From positions 1-64,000 of the forward strand of contig CAXGUD010000013.1 in the NCBI GenBank assembly GCA_964012805.1: a stretch of DNA of 64,000 nucleotides, read 5' to 3'. A program made the translations under genes and the position numbers. This document shows, piece by piece, positions 18,403 to 28,191 of this stretch. This stretch comes from an uncultured Bacteriovoracaceae bacterium. Lineage in GTDB: Bacteria; Bdellovibrionota; Bacteriovoracia; Bacteriovoracales; Bacteriovoracaceae. Numbering within the stretch: the stretch's first letter is position 1; every line of letters begins with the position of its first letter. The notes beneath the pieces are model-generated. The model was given only the letters and a program-made list of their open reading frames with translations, searched no databases and had not been told where the DNA came from.

Positions 18403-21384
18403 TCAAAGAGACAAAGGAGATGAGAGACCTTCGGCTTTAGAAGAAGAAGCATGACCTTCTTCCTTTTCAACATCCTCAAGCTTTCTCTTTCTTTCAACCA
18501 TCATATATGCTTCGAATAAGTCCGCAACTTTTATGTCATTATAGTTCTCAAGACCAATTCCACACTCAAATCCATTTTTGACTTCCTTAACATCGTCTTT
18601 AAATCTTTTTAAAGATGACATTTTTCCATCAAACAGAATTTTTCCATTTCTAAGAAGGCGAATATGACATCCTTCCATAATCTTTCCATCAATGACCATA
18701 GAGCCAGCAATCGTCCCAATCTTAGGAATAACGAAAGTATCTTTAACTTCTGCTCTTCCGATATATTTTTCCTCAAACTCGGGGTCAAGAAGACCTTCAA
18801 GCGCAAGCTTTATATCATTAATAAGCTCATAAATTATAGAATATGTTTTGACATCAACCTTTAGGTCTTCAGACAATTTTCTCGCAGTCGTTAGAGGTCT
18901 CATATTAAAACCTAGAATAACAGCTCCAGCAGACTCAGCTAAATTAACGTCTGAGTCATTGATTGGGCCGACACCACCACCTACAACTTTAACTGCAACT
19001 TCTTTGTTAGATAAGGAAAGTAAGGCCTCCTTAATTGCTTCATAGGACCCTTGGACATCTGATCTAATAATCAAATTAAGCTCTTTCTTTTCAGCCCCTT
19101 CTGCAGGACCCATTGAAAAGAAGTCTTCAAGAGATACTGTTGGCCCACTGTCTGCAGAGGAAGTTTCTTTCCGCTCATTGACTCTGTTTTGAACAACCTT
19201 TTTAGCTTCTCTTTCATTTTTAACAACGTTAAGCATGTCTCCTGGAGTTGGAGGGTTATCAAGGCCAAAGATTTGAACCGGTGTAGAAGGACCTGCTTTG
19301 GGCAAAACCTCTCCAAGATGATTAATCATGCTACGGGCCCGACCAAAGCTTTCACCAACAACTATACTATCACCTTTTTTGAGTGTTCCTTTCTGAACGA
19401 GAACTGTAGCGACCGGGCCACGCCCAGGCTCAATTTTTGATTCAATAACGATTCCTTCAGCCTTACCTTTAGGTTCTGCACGAAGCTCCTGCATTTCTGC
19501 GAGTAGAGAAATTGACTCTAGTAGTGAATCAACACCATCTCCCTTTAAAGCGGAAATAGGGACAAACATTGTGTCTCCACCCCAATCTTCAGGAGTTATG
19601 CCAAACTCTGCCAAGTCGTTTTTGACTCGATCAGGGTTCGCAGCTTCTTTATCCATTTTATTTATAGCAACAATTATTGGAACACCTGCATTCTGACAAA
19701 AGCGTATAGACTCTTTTGTCTGAGGCATAATGCTATCATCAGCGGCAACGACGAGGACAACAATATCTGTAACATTTGCGCCCCTTTGTCTCATTGAAGC
19801 AAACGCAGCATGACCTGGTGTATCCAAGAAGGTTAAAACTTTATCCTGAACATTAACGGAATATGCACCAATATGCTGTGTAATTCCACCAGCCTCACCA
19901 TCAGCGACTTTAGCATCTCTTATATGATCCAAAAGAGTTGTTTTCCCGTGGTCAACGTGACCCATAATTGTAATAATTGGATTTCTAAGAGGCAGCTTAC
20001 TTTTCTGATCTTCATCAAGCAACTCGCGGCCTAGGACTTTATCCTCATTAAAGGCTTTGTTTTCAACTCTAAAATTATATAAGCCAGCAATTTCCTCAGC
20101 TAACTTAACACCAACATAATCACCTGGCTTAATAAGCAAGTTTAACTCAAGGGCCTTATTAACAAGGTCATCAAATTTAATGTTTAATTTTTTAGCCAGC
20201 TCTTCTAGGTAAACACCTTTATATAAATGGATCACTCTTTTAGACTCTTTGACAGTTGTAATTTGGGTTTTCCCACTCAGTCCATGAAAAATTTTCTTAC
20301 GCTTAACTTGTGTATAAAGTGGTCTTCCTAAAGAACCCAAAGCTCCATAGGACTTTAACTCTGAATCCGCTCGAGATTGAGTTAATGTCTGGGCCCTATT
20401 AATTGTCGTTTTTTTGGTCGACATCATTGAAGCAAGACCACCAAGCCTTTTCTTGGACTCGCCGGCGGCTTCTGACCTCTTGCCAGAAGAAAGTTCAACT
20501 TCTGGATCAGCAGGGCTTTTAAGTTCTTTTCCAGCCTTTGCCGAATCTGATCGAGATGAGGTCTCTTCACCACTTTCAGCCTTTCTTGCAGGTGGAGTGT
20601 AGATAGGCGTAAACCTATGCACCTTCTCTTTATAATACTCCTTACCATCTTCAGGCTCTTCTCTCTTCTCAGTTTTTTCTTCTCTTACTTTTTCAGAAAC
20701 TTGCTTTTTTATAGATTCTAAAGCTTTCTCTGGTCTTGATACAACTCTTAAACCTAAACTTGGTCTAGCATCAGTTTCTGGTTTTCTGTCTTCATTTTGT
20801 TTTGAAGGCGAACCATCTTCAACAATAGAGGCTTCCTCTGAGTTAAGGCCTTCAGCCATTGTTCCATCACTAGAAATAGTACTTTGCTCTGCCGCTTTAA
20901 CAGCTTCCTCTGTATTTTTTTCGTCCACTTTAACGCTAACAAACGAGTCAGAATACTGTTCAGGAGCATCCTCTGAGCTAGCAGTACCTTCTATAGGTTT
21001 TGATTTAGCTGAAGCAGCCGTCTTTTTCCTAATAAGAGTTCTTTTTCTGGCAACAGCTTTTTTTCCACCATCCTCATCACCAACTTTTTCTTCTGAGGCA
21101 ACTTTCACGGCGGCTTTCTTATCTTCAACTTTGGTTGTTTTTTTGGTCGCAGTCTTTTTAGCCGCAACCTTCTTTTTAGCAACCTTTTTCTTAACTACTT
21201 TTTTCTTTTTCTTTGATGCCGTTGTACTTTTCGCTTTGTAAAGTTCATCTACTTTAGCCAAGTCTTCATCTGACAAACTTGTCATATGATTTCTAACGGA
21301 AAAACCTTTAACCTTTAACTCCTCAACCAGGTCAAGAGGTCCAATTCCCATTTCTTTGGCCAATTCAAAAATCTTTTTAGGCAT
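18403..21384 (-). CDS. infB: Translation initiation factor IF-2
   Basis: MGHVDHGKTT, DTPGHAAF, NKMD, SLKRFKDDVKEV. Confidence 0.98.
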   Translation of the reverse strand: MPKKIFELAKEMGIGPLDLVEELKVKGFSVRNHMTSLSDEDLAKVDELYKAKSTTASKKKKKVVKKKVAKKKVAAKKTATKKTTKVEDKKAAVKVASEEKVGDEDGGKKAVARKRTLIRKKTAASAKSKPIEGTASSEDAPEQYSDSFVSVKVDEKNTEEAVKAAEQSTISSDGTMAEGLNSEEASIVEDGSPSKQNEDRKPETDARPSLGLRVVSRPEKALESIKKQVSEKVREEKTEKREEPEDGKEYYKEKVHRFTPIYTPPARKAESGEETSSRSDSAKAGKELKSPADPEVELSSGKRSEAAGESKKRLGGLASMMSTKKTTINRAQTLTQSRADSELKSYGALGSLGRPLYTQVKRKKIFHGLSGKTQITTVKESKRVIHLYKGVYLEELAKKLNIKFDDLVNKALELNLLIKPGDYVGVKLAEEIAGLYNFRVENKAFNEDKVLGRELLDEDQKSKLPLRNPIITIMGHVDHGKTTLLDHIRDAKVADGEAGGITQHIGAYSVNVQDKVLTFLDTPGHAAFASMRQRGANVTDIVVLVVAADDSIMPQTKESIRFCQNAGVPIIVAINKMDKEAANPDRVKNDLAEFGITPEDWGGDTMFVPISALKGDGVDSLLESISLLAEMQELRAEPKGKAEGIVIESKIEPGRGPVATVLVQKGTLKKGDSIVVGESFGRARSMINHLGEVLPKAGPSTPVQIFGLDNPPTPGDMLNVVKNEREAKKVVQNRVNERKETSSADSGPTVSLEDFFSMGPAEGAEKKELNLIIRSDVQGSYEAIKEALLSLSNKEVAVKVVGGGVGPINDSDVNLAESAGAVILGFNMRPLTTARKLSEDLKVDVKTYSIIYELINDIKLALEGLLDPEFEEKYIGRAEVKDTFVIPKIGTIAGSMVIDGKIMEGCHIRLLRNGKILFDGKMSSLKRFKDDVKEVKNGFECGIGLENYNDIKVADLFEAYMMVERKRKLEDVEKEEGHASSSKAEGLSSPLSL

Positions 21385-21448
21385 CAATTCACTCCCTAAC
21401 GAAAACCATTAACCGTTTCTTTATAACGGTAGAAACTCTTCACAATAG

Positions 21449-22858
21449 CTACTTAATCTTAAATGCAGCCAATTCTTCTCTAAGCCTTTTTTCAGCATCA
21501 GAAAATTTATCTTTTCCAGCTTTTTCTTCCTCAGCTCCTGATTCGAGAAGCCCTTTATAAGCAGGCACTGCAGAAGCTGAGACGAGGTCTTCATCTTCTT
21601 CAACAGCTAATTCAATGCTTCCTTCTTCAATCGCTTTAAGCGTGCTCTTTAGAATTGCTTCAGCTTCACTTTCTTCAACTCCAAGAAGTTCAACTAAATC
21701 CTGGTTCTTCATGCCACTAAGGTCTCCAACTGACATAATCCCTTCTTGAACAAGAACCTGAGACCAAGCTTCTGTAACACCCTCAACTTGAAGAAGGTTT
21801 TCAGTTGCTTTCTTAAATTTTTCCTGGAGTTTAGATTTAGATAAAATATTAATTCTTAAACCTGTTAACATCGCCGCTAAACGAACATTTTGTCCTCTGC
21901 GCCCGATGGCCAGAGAAAGCTGGTCTTCTTCAACGATAACATCCATTGAATTGTTCTCGTTATCTAGCATAATATTTGAAATATCAGCAGGAGCAAGAGC
22001 CGCTCTTGAAAACCCCTCGATTTCTTCAGACCATTTCACAATATCAATTTTCTCGCCTTGGAGTTCGTTGACGACGTTTTGAACCCGACTACCCTTCATC
22101 CCAACACATGCTCCAACTGGATCAATTTCTTTATCAGTTGAAATGACAGCAATCTTTGCCCTTTGACCTGGTTCTCTCGCAGCAGATTTTATTTCGATTG
22201 TCCCATCCTGAATTTCAGGAACTTCTATTTCAAAAAGCTTCACAAGGAACATAGGTGAGGTTCTAGAAAGCCTTATTTCTGGCCCTCTATTCGTCATAAC
22301 AACCTCTGTAAGGAACGCCTGAATTCTATCCCCTGGTTTGAAGTTCTCTCCAGGAATGATTTCCCTCTTTGAGAGAATTGCATCAGCTTTACCCAAGTCC
22401 ACAATTATATTGCCACGTTCATAACGCCTTGCAATGCCTGTTATGAGCTCACCTTCTCTGTGCTTAAACTCAGAGAAAAGAATCTCTCTCTCAGCATCTC
22501 TTACTTTCTGAAAAATTATTTGCCTTGCAGTCTGAACATCAACACGAGTAAAGTTAGGATTTTCAATTCTAACGCCCAGCTGGTCGCCGATCTCAACATC
22601 CTCATCAAGTTCTTTGGCCTTACTGACCTCTATTTCAATAATATCGTCTCTGACTTTTTCAACAACATTTTTATATTGATATATTTCAATATCTCCATCT
22701 TCTTCATTATACCGAGTTTCATACTCTCCCTGTATTCCATATTTCTTTCGAGCCGTTACAAGGAAAGCTTGCTCAATGGCCTTGATAACAATTTGCTTGT
22801 CTATCCCTCTGTCCTTCCCTAGCGTTTCGATAACCTTTCCTATTTCTGAAAAGCTCAT
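21449..22858 (-). CDS. nusA: Transcription factor NusA
   Basis: AREPGQRAKIAV, DPVGACVGMKGSRVQ, LAIGRRGQNVRLA. Confidence 0.98.
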   Translation of the reverse strand: MSFSEIGKVIETLGKDRGIDKQIVIKAIEQAFLVTARKKYGIQGEYETRYNEEDGDIEIYQYKNVVEKVRDDIIEIEVSKAKELDEDVEIGDQLGVRIENPNFTRVDVQTARQIIFQKVRDAEREILFSEFKHREGELITGIARRYERGNIIVDLGKADAILSKREIIPGENFKPGDRIQAFLTEVVMTNRGPEIRLSRTSPMFLVKLFEIEVPEIQDGTIEIKSAAREPGQRAKIAVISTDKEIDPVGACVGMKGSRVQNVVNELQGEKIDIVKWSEEIEGFSRAALAPADISNIMLDNENNSMDVIVEEDQLSLAIGRRGQNVRLAAMLTGLRINILSKSKLQEKFKKATENLLQVEGVTEAWSQVLVQEGIMSVGDLSGMKNQDLVELLGVEESEAEAILKSTLKAIEEGSIELAVEEDEDLVSASAVPAYKGLLESGAEEEKAGKDKFSDAEKRLREELAAFKIK

Positions 22859-22929
22859 AAATTATTCCTCTCAATTGAAATTTTTTATCTTTATCTTCTT
22901 TCTCTCTTTAAACTTTCTCTCACCTAAAC

Positions 22930-23442
22930 CTAAAACTCGGGCTCCTGATTGGCTTTTTTAATATCAGAAAAACCTAGGGAAAAGGTAAACTCATCACGAT
23001 AATTTAAAGTCAGTCCATCATCATTCAGTGAAACGAGTTTCGCAACAACTTTCTTCTCTCCTTTCAACGACTTAGGTAAATCCGGAAAAAACTCAAAAGC
23101 AAGCCTCTTGATAAGAACAATCTTAATACTTTTACCAAGAACTCTTTCAAAGTGAACCCTAGTCCTCAAAGACCTATCAATACCAGGAGAGGAAACTTGC
23201 AAGGTAAGATTCTCTGGCATCCAATCAGACTCCTCAACATAAGGAGTCAAAGCCTTGTCTACCCTTACACAGTCTTCAATAACGGCAGTATCAGTTCCTT
23301 CATTGTATATAAAGATGCGCCACTCTCCGTTACCGGGAAAGTAATCCATATCATAAAGCTGTAGGCCTTCCTCAGCCACAACCTTTACCGACAAATCAAA
23401 AAATCTCTTTTCTAATCCCTGCCTTTCTTCTCTTAATACCAT
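22930..23442 (-). CDS. rimP: Ribosome maturation factor RimP
   Basis: IEDCVRV, LQVSSPGIDRSL; upstream of nusA. Confidence 0.92.
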   Translation of the reverse strand: MVLREERQGLEKRFFDLSVKVVAEEGLQLYDMDYFPGNGEWRIFIYNEGTDTAVIEDCVRVDKALTPYVEESDWMPENLTLQVSSPGIDRSLRTRVHFERVLGKSIKIVLIKRLAFEFFPDLPKSLKGEKKVVAKLVSLNDDGLTLNYRDEFTFSLGFSDIKKANQEPEF

Positions 23443-23476
23443 TATCTTCCAAATATTTCTTATTTACAGACTTAAT

Positions 23477-23514
23477 AAAAAAAAAGGGCGGTTTTTAAAA
23501 AAAAGATCCGCCCT
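23477..23514 (-). terminator. Terminator/attenuator immediately upstream of rimP
   Basis: Minus strand AGGGCGG...CCGCCCT followed by a T run. Confidence 0.7.
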
Positions 23515-23621
23515 AAGAAAAAGTCTAAATTTCTATAGAACCACCTAACCCTTTACCAAGCATTTAATAAAAAATCAATTTTAAAGAAAAAATAAGGCCT
23601 TAAATCACATCTAAGGGTAGA

Positions 23622-24143
23622 TTATTCAAGGAATTTGCCCATTTTCACGGCGCTACGCCCAGCACCGTAATAATTCAAGGCCTTGTGGAGTTTTCCAAAT
23701 CCCAGACTTTCATAAGTTCTAATCGCTGAAACATTATTGTCCTCTACTTCTAAGTAGAAACGAAAAAAACCATTTTTTACAAAAAAAGCTAGTGAGGATT
23801 GAAGAAAAAACTTTCCGAGCGCCTTTCCCCTCCAATCAGGTATAATCAAAACTTTAAGTAGGTGAACAAGTCCCTCTAACTCGCTAATTTTCCATAGACT
23901 AAAAGCAATGCAGTCCGAGTTTCTATCCTCTAAAGTTATTAAAATATGAGAATCTGCATTTTCAACCAAGTCGAGCCAAGCTTTTTTTGACCAGGGGAAA
24001 GGAAAAAACAAATTGTCTAATTCAGCAATGACTTCAATTTCTTTAGAGTGAACTGGCCAAAACGATGAAGGGAACAAGCGGCTTTTACTGTAAAAAGAAC
24101 AACTTAAACCTAGATCTTGCTCTCCTTCAAAAGTAGGTTTCAT
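23622..24143 (-). CDS. rimI: RimI-like GNAT acetyltransferase
   Basis: PWSK, WRGKALGK, LEVEDNNVSAIRTYESLGF, NYYG. Confidence 0.75.
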   Translation of the reverse strand: MKPTFEGEQDLGLSCSFYSKSRLFPSSFWPVHSKEIEVIAELDNLFFPFPWSKKAWLDLVENADSHILITLEDRNSDCIAFSLWKISELEGLVHLLKVLIIPDWRGKALGKFFLQSSLAFFVKNGFFRFYLEVEDNNVSAIRTYESLGFGKLHKALNYYGAGRSAVKMGKFLE

Positions 24144-24807
24144 GTGAAATCCTCTTGTCCAAAGAAGCTACAAATAGTTTTATGGCCTCGACAATTTGAA
24201 GGTTCTTATTTCTTTTAAAAGCCTCTTTTAACGCCTTTTCATTCAAAAACTTATTTTTCTTCTTGAAAATTTCATATTGACTCACATCAGAAGCCTGGCT
24301 TTGTGGATCAAAGCGGTCTCTCAGAAAAGACTCTGTTAACATTAAATCCTTTTTCTTCTCACTCTTTCCTAAACTACCATAAACTCTTTTTTGGCATCGT
24401 CTATCAAGGCTTCGCTTGAAAAGAGGCTTGCTAAGCTCTTTCTGTCTTTCTTTTATATAGATTGAAGTTTTAATAACCCTTATAAGCTTTCCTAAAAAGT
24501 CTTCCTCTTTTTGATTTAAGCTTTGAACACTCTTAATTTTAGGCATTGTCAGCAAGACGCCCTTGTTTAAGCCCACACCCTGTAATGCTAAGGAGTTAGA
24601 TGAGAGGCACCTAAAAAAGCGTATCTCTTTGATGATCGGAGCCAAGTCAGACAGAAAAAAAATACGCCCCTTAATCTTAAAAACGGCTTCTTCTTTTACA
24701 AGCAGCTTTTTACGATACACATTTGCTTCAGGTGATTCTTGAGAGTTAAGAGGGGTAAAACTGAAAAAAATAAAAAAAAGGACTAAGTTGAATATGGAAT
24801 TTCTCAT
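24127..24807 (-). CDS. Exported hypothetical protein
   Basis: AAGGGG SD before MRNSIF; signal peptide. Confidence 0.65.
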   Translation of the reverse strand: MRNSIFNLVLFFIFFSFTPLNSQESPEANVYRKKLLVKEEAVFKIKGRIFFLSDLAPIIKEIRFFRCLSSNSLALQGVGLNKGVLLTMPKIKSVQSLNQKEEDFLGKLIRVIKTSIYIKERQKELSKPLFKRSLDRRCQKRVYGSLGKSEKKKDLMLTESFLRDRFDPQSQASDVSQYEIFKKKNKFLNEKALKEAFKRNKNLQIVEAIKLFVASLDKRISHETYF

Positions 24808-24862
24808 CACCATCCCCTTAAAATTAAAAAGGTCATCCATAACTTTTAAGAAGTTTAAGCCT

Positions 24863-26146
24863 TTATATTGGTGAACTAAGGTCTACGTTACCTATAGATT
24901 TGTAATTTGATGTCTTTTGCTCCATATAAAAACGAATTTTAGCAAGAGGATTAAAGGTGTAGCCATCTTTCCCTCTCAAAATGTATTTTCTTTTTGAGTC
25001 CTTCTTATCATCGGAACACTTCGGCTCTATCAGCTTTCTCAAGCGGCTAACACTTGTATAAATCAACTTATCGTGAATAAGAGGGTTATACTCATCTTTC
25101 CATATCGCTTTAGCCAAGCCTTCTTTGTCGTAGTAAATGCCGGAGTTTTTTGCAAGTAAGAACAAAATCTCAAGAAGAACGAAACGGTGTTTAAAATCTA
25201 TGACTCCAAGAGACTGTTCATGAACCTTCCTATTCGTTCTATCAAGAAAGATGTCTACGTTACTGTCATTAATATCCTGAACTTCATTTTTAACAAGACC
25301 TTCTAATCTTTTGAAAACACGGGGGTCTGAAAAGCTCTGGGCCAGATTACAAAATAAGAGGGACTTATCAAACTGCCCCATCATCTTGTATGCCATACCT
25401 TTTCCTAGAAGAACGTAGCCATGAAGATTCCAGCACTTTTTATCTAAAAGGTTTGCTGTAGCATTATCGAAGGCAGCTAAGGCTTCCTCAAACCTATCCA
25501 TTTCAAAATAAATTTTGCCAAGGTAAAACTCCATTGCCCCTGCTAAATAAAACTTGTTTATTATTTTTAACAATTGTTTTAGTTGTTGCAGGTAATTGAT
25601 CGCAGTTTCATAGTCTTTTGTTTGATAATAGTTCGTTGCTAGCGCCAAAAGACATTTCGCAAGTAGCTCTGGCTCATTTTCCTGCTTTGACTTTTGATAG
25701 GAAATTAAAAAGGCTTCTCTAGCTTCATCAAAAGCTCCACCATAATTTTTAACAAGGCCAAAATTAAAGTAATACTCAGCATTTAAGGAGTCCAACCTAA
25801 CTTTTAGGTCTAAAACGACCTCTTCAGCTTTGGTGATCCACTTCTCAGCTTCAAAGTTTTCAAGTCTTTCCGAGCATATTCTGATTAAGAAACCCAAAAT
25901 CTTGAGTTTGGAAAAATGCTCTTCACCTTCATTGAAATATGCTAAGGATTTTTTAAAGTTTTCTTCGGACTGAGACAAGTCAGCCTTGTCGTAATGAATT
26001 TTGCCTAGTTGATAAAAGGCCCTTGCATAGTCATAAGGCTCATAACTTTGGTTTATAGCAATACTATCGAGGGTAGAACCTTCTCCTATTAAGAAAGGGA
26101 GGGAAGTTGATGGTTCTATACCATACTGATTCGTTTCATTCCCCAT
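24863..26146 (-). CDS. TPR-repeat protein with C-terminal OmpR-type winged-helix domain
   Basis: Repeated YQLGKIHY / YLGKIYFEM TPR-like helices; C-terminal LAKAIW...IYTSVSRLRKLIE...GKDGYTF. Confidence 0.8.
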   Translation of the reverse strand: MGNETNQYGIEPSTSLPFLIGEGSTLDSIAINQSYEPYDYARAFYQLGKIHYDKADLSQSEENFKKSLAYFNEGEEHFSKLKILGFLIRICSERLENFEAEKWITKAEEVVLDLKVRLDSLNAEYYFNFGLVKNYGGAFDEAREAFLISYQKSKQENEPELLAKCLLALATNYYQTKDYETAINYLQQLKQLLKIINKFYLAGAMEFYLGKIYFEMDRFEEALAAFDNATANLLDKKCWNLHGYVLLGKGMAYKMMGQFDKSLLFCNLAQSFSDPRVFKRLEGLVKNEVQDINDSNVDIFLDRTNRKVHEQSLGVIDFKHRFVLLEILFLLAKNSGIYYDKEGLAKAIWKDEYNPLIHDKLIYTSVSRLRKLIEPKCSDDKKDSKRKYILRGKDGYTFNPLAKIRFYMEQKTSNYKSIGNVDLSSPI

Positions 26147-26300
26147 TTCTAAAGCTCCATTTTCGCCGGATTAAACTTAAAAGCACTCCGCATTCAGAAC
26201 ATTTATCGGATTTCCCTTAAATCCTGAGCGTATGTATAGCACGTAGCCTTTATAAAGCCAAACTTTCTGGCCAATACTGAAAAAAATATTCGCTAACTCA

Positions 26301-26329
26301 TTGATTTATAAATTTACCGTTGGTAGTCT
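26301..26329 (+). promoter_or_regulatory. Putative sigma70 promoter of thrS
   Basis: TTGATT-N17-TAGTCT with extended TG. Confidence 0.55.
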
Positions 26330-26436
26330 GTGCGGCCAAAAGTAGAAGCAATTGGGCTCCCAAATGAGGTGTGATCCTCTACTTAATGGGAACTTCAAAC
26401 AAACACATTTGAATATCTTAAAAAGGAAATTGTCTT

Positions 26437-28191
26437 ATGGCCAAATACGATCTAGACACACTGAGGCATTCAACAGCGCACCTAATGGCCCAAGCGATTT
26501 CTCGACTCTTCCCTGAGCACCATGTTCAATTTGGAGTCGGCCCCGTTATTGACAATGGGTTTTATTACGATGTGGAAACTGATTATAGGATTAAAGACGA
26601 AGACCTTCCTAAGATAGAAGCAAAAATGCTTGAAATTATTGAGGAAAAACTTCCCATAGAGAGGAAAGTCTTATCTAAAGATGAAGCTCTCGATTATTTT
26701 GAAAAAGAGAAGCAACATCTGAAAGTCGAGCTTATAAGTGGGTTTGACCCAGAAGAAGAAATTTCATGCTATAGCCAAGGTGAATTCATAGACCTTTGTC
26801 GAGGACCACACGTTGAAACGACTGGTGATTTACCCAAATATTTCAAACTTCTTCATACAGCTGGAGCTTACTGGAAAGGAAGTTCAGACCGCCAAATGCT
26901 CCAAAGAATCTATGCCGCCTGCTTTAATGACAAAAAAGCTCTCAAAAAACACTTAAACTTCCTCGAGGAAGCCAAGAAGCGGGACCACAGAAAACTGGGA
27001 AAAGAACTGGAGCTTTTCCACTTCGAACCTGTTGCACCAGGATCGCCTTTCTTTCTTCCTAAAGGTGCCTTTATTTACAATGAGCTAGTCGAATTCATGA
27101 GACGTATTTACAAAAGATATAACTACAAAGAGGTTATAACGCCTCAAGTTTTATCAAGTGACCTTTGGCACACGAGTGGGCACTACGCTAATTACAAAGA
27201 TGACATGTTTTTCACAAATATTGAAAAGGGTGAATTTGCTGTCAAACCCATGAATTGTCCTTGTCACATGCTCATGTTCAAGCACTTCCGCTATAGCTAT
27301 AGGGACTTACCTCTTCGCTATGCTGACTTTGGAAGGCTCCATAGAAATGAAAAGTCGGGAACACTTGCAGGCCTCACAAGAGTAAGAACGTTCTGCCAAG
27401 ACGACGCACATATCTTCATTCCTCTTGAAGACATTCAAGAAGAGATATTGACTCTTCTTGATATGTTTTTTGTCGTTTATAAACACTTCGGCTTTACCGA
27501 CATAAAAATAAACCTTTCAACAAGGCCAGAAAAAAAGGTCGGTGATGACGCAACTTGGGATAAAGCTGAAAACGCTTTAAAAGAGGCCCTTGAAAAAAGT
27601 GGCCACCCATTTGCCATTAAAGAAGGTGATGGAGCGTTCTACGGCCCTAAAATTGATGTAGAGATTTCAGATGCTCTTCAACGTTACTATCAATTAGGAA
27701 CCATCCAACTAGATTTTCAACTTCCTGACCGCTTTGGACTTAAGTTTACAAATAAAAAAGGTGAGGAAGAAAGGCCTGTTGTTATTCACAGGGCACTCTT
27801 GGGTTCACTAGAAAGATTCTTTGGAATTTACCTTGAGCACACAGGTGGTGCTTACCCCTTCTGGCTCTCTCCAACTCAAGTAACTATAGTTCCAATTAAT
27901 AATGAGAACCATCTTGAGTATTGCCAAAAAGTGGCCAAAGACTTAACTAATGAGGGGATAAGGGTTCACATTGACGATAGAAATGAATCTATGGGCTTTA
28001 AGACTAGGCAAATTCAAAAGTCAAAGACTCCTTTCATGATGGTGTTTGGAGATAAAGAAATAGAGGAAGAAACTGTCAGCCTAAGGGCCTATGGCCAAAA
28101 GGGCTCTCAAAAGCTGACACTTAAAGAAGCTTTTGAAAAATTTAAAACCCTGGATGAAGAAAAAACTCCTAAGGAATTAAGGGAGAGCTAA
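26437..28191 (+). CDS. thrS: Threonine-tRNA ligase (short form lacking the N-terminal TGS domain)
   Basis: RHSTAHLMA, DLCRGPH, RDHRKLG, KPMNCP, GAFYGPKID, IHRALLGS. Confidence 0.97.
   Translation: MAKYDLDTLRHSTAHLMAQAISRLFPEHHVQFGVGPVIDNGFYYDVETDYRIKDEDLPKIEAKMLEIIEEKLPIERKVLSKDEALDYFEKEKQHLKVELISGFDPEEEISCYSQGEFIDLCRGPHVETTGDLPKYFKLLHTAGAYWKGSSDRQMLQRIYAACFNDKKALKKHLNFLEEAKKRDHRKLGKELELFHFEPVAPGSPFFLPKGAFIYNELVEFMRRIYKRYNYKEVITPQVLSSDLWHTSGHYANYKDDMFFTNIEKGEFAVKPMNCPCHMLMFKHFRYSYRDLPLRYADFGRLHRNEKSGTLAGLTRVRTFCQDDAHIFIPLEDIQEEILTLLDMFFVVYKHFGFTDIKINLSTRPEKKVGDDATWDKAENALKEALEKSGHPFAIKEGDGAFYGPKIDVEISDALQRYYQLGTIQLDFQLPDRFGLKFTNKKGEEERPVVIHRALLGSLERFFGIYLEHTGGAYPFWLSPTQVTIVPINNENHLEYCQKVAKDLTNEGIRVHIDDRNESMGFKTRQIQKSKTPFMMVFGDKEIEEETVSLRAYGQKGSQKLTLKEAFEKFKTLDEEKTPKELRES

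Noticed and set aside
21100..21240. Histone-like Lys/Ala repeat in IF-2
   Set aside because: Low-complexity N-terminal regions are common in IF-2; not a separate element.
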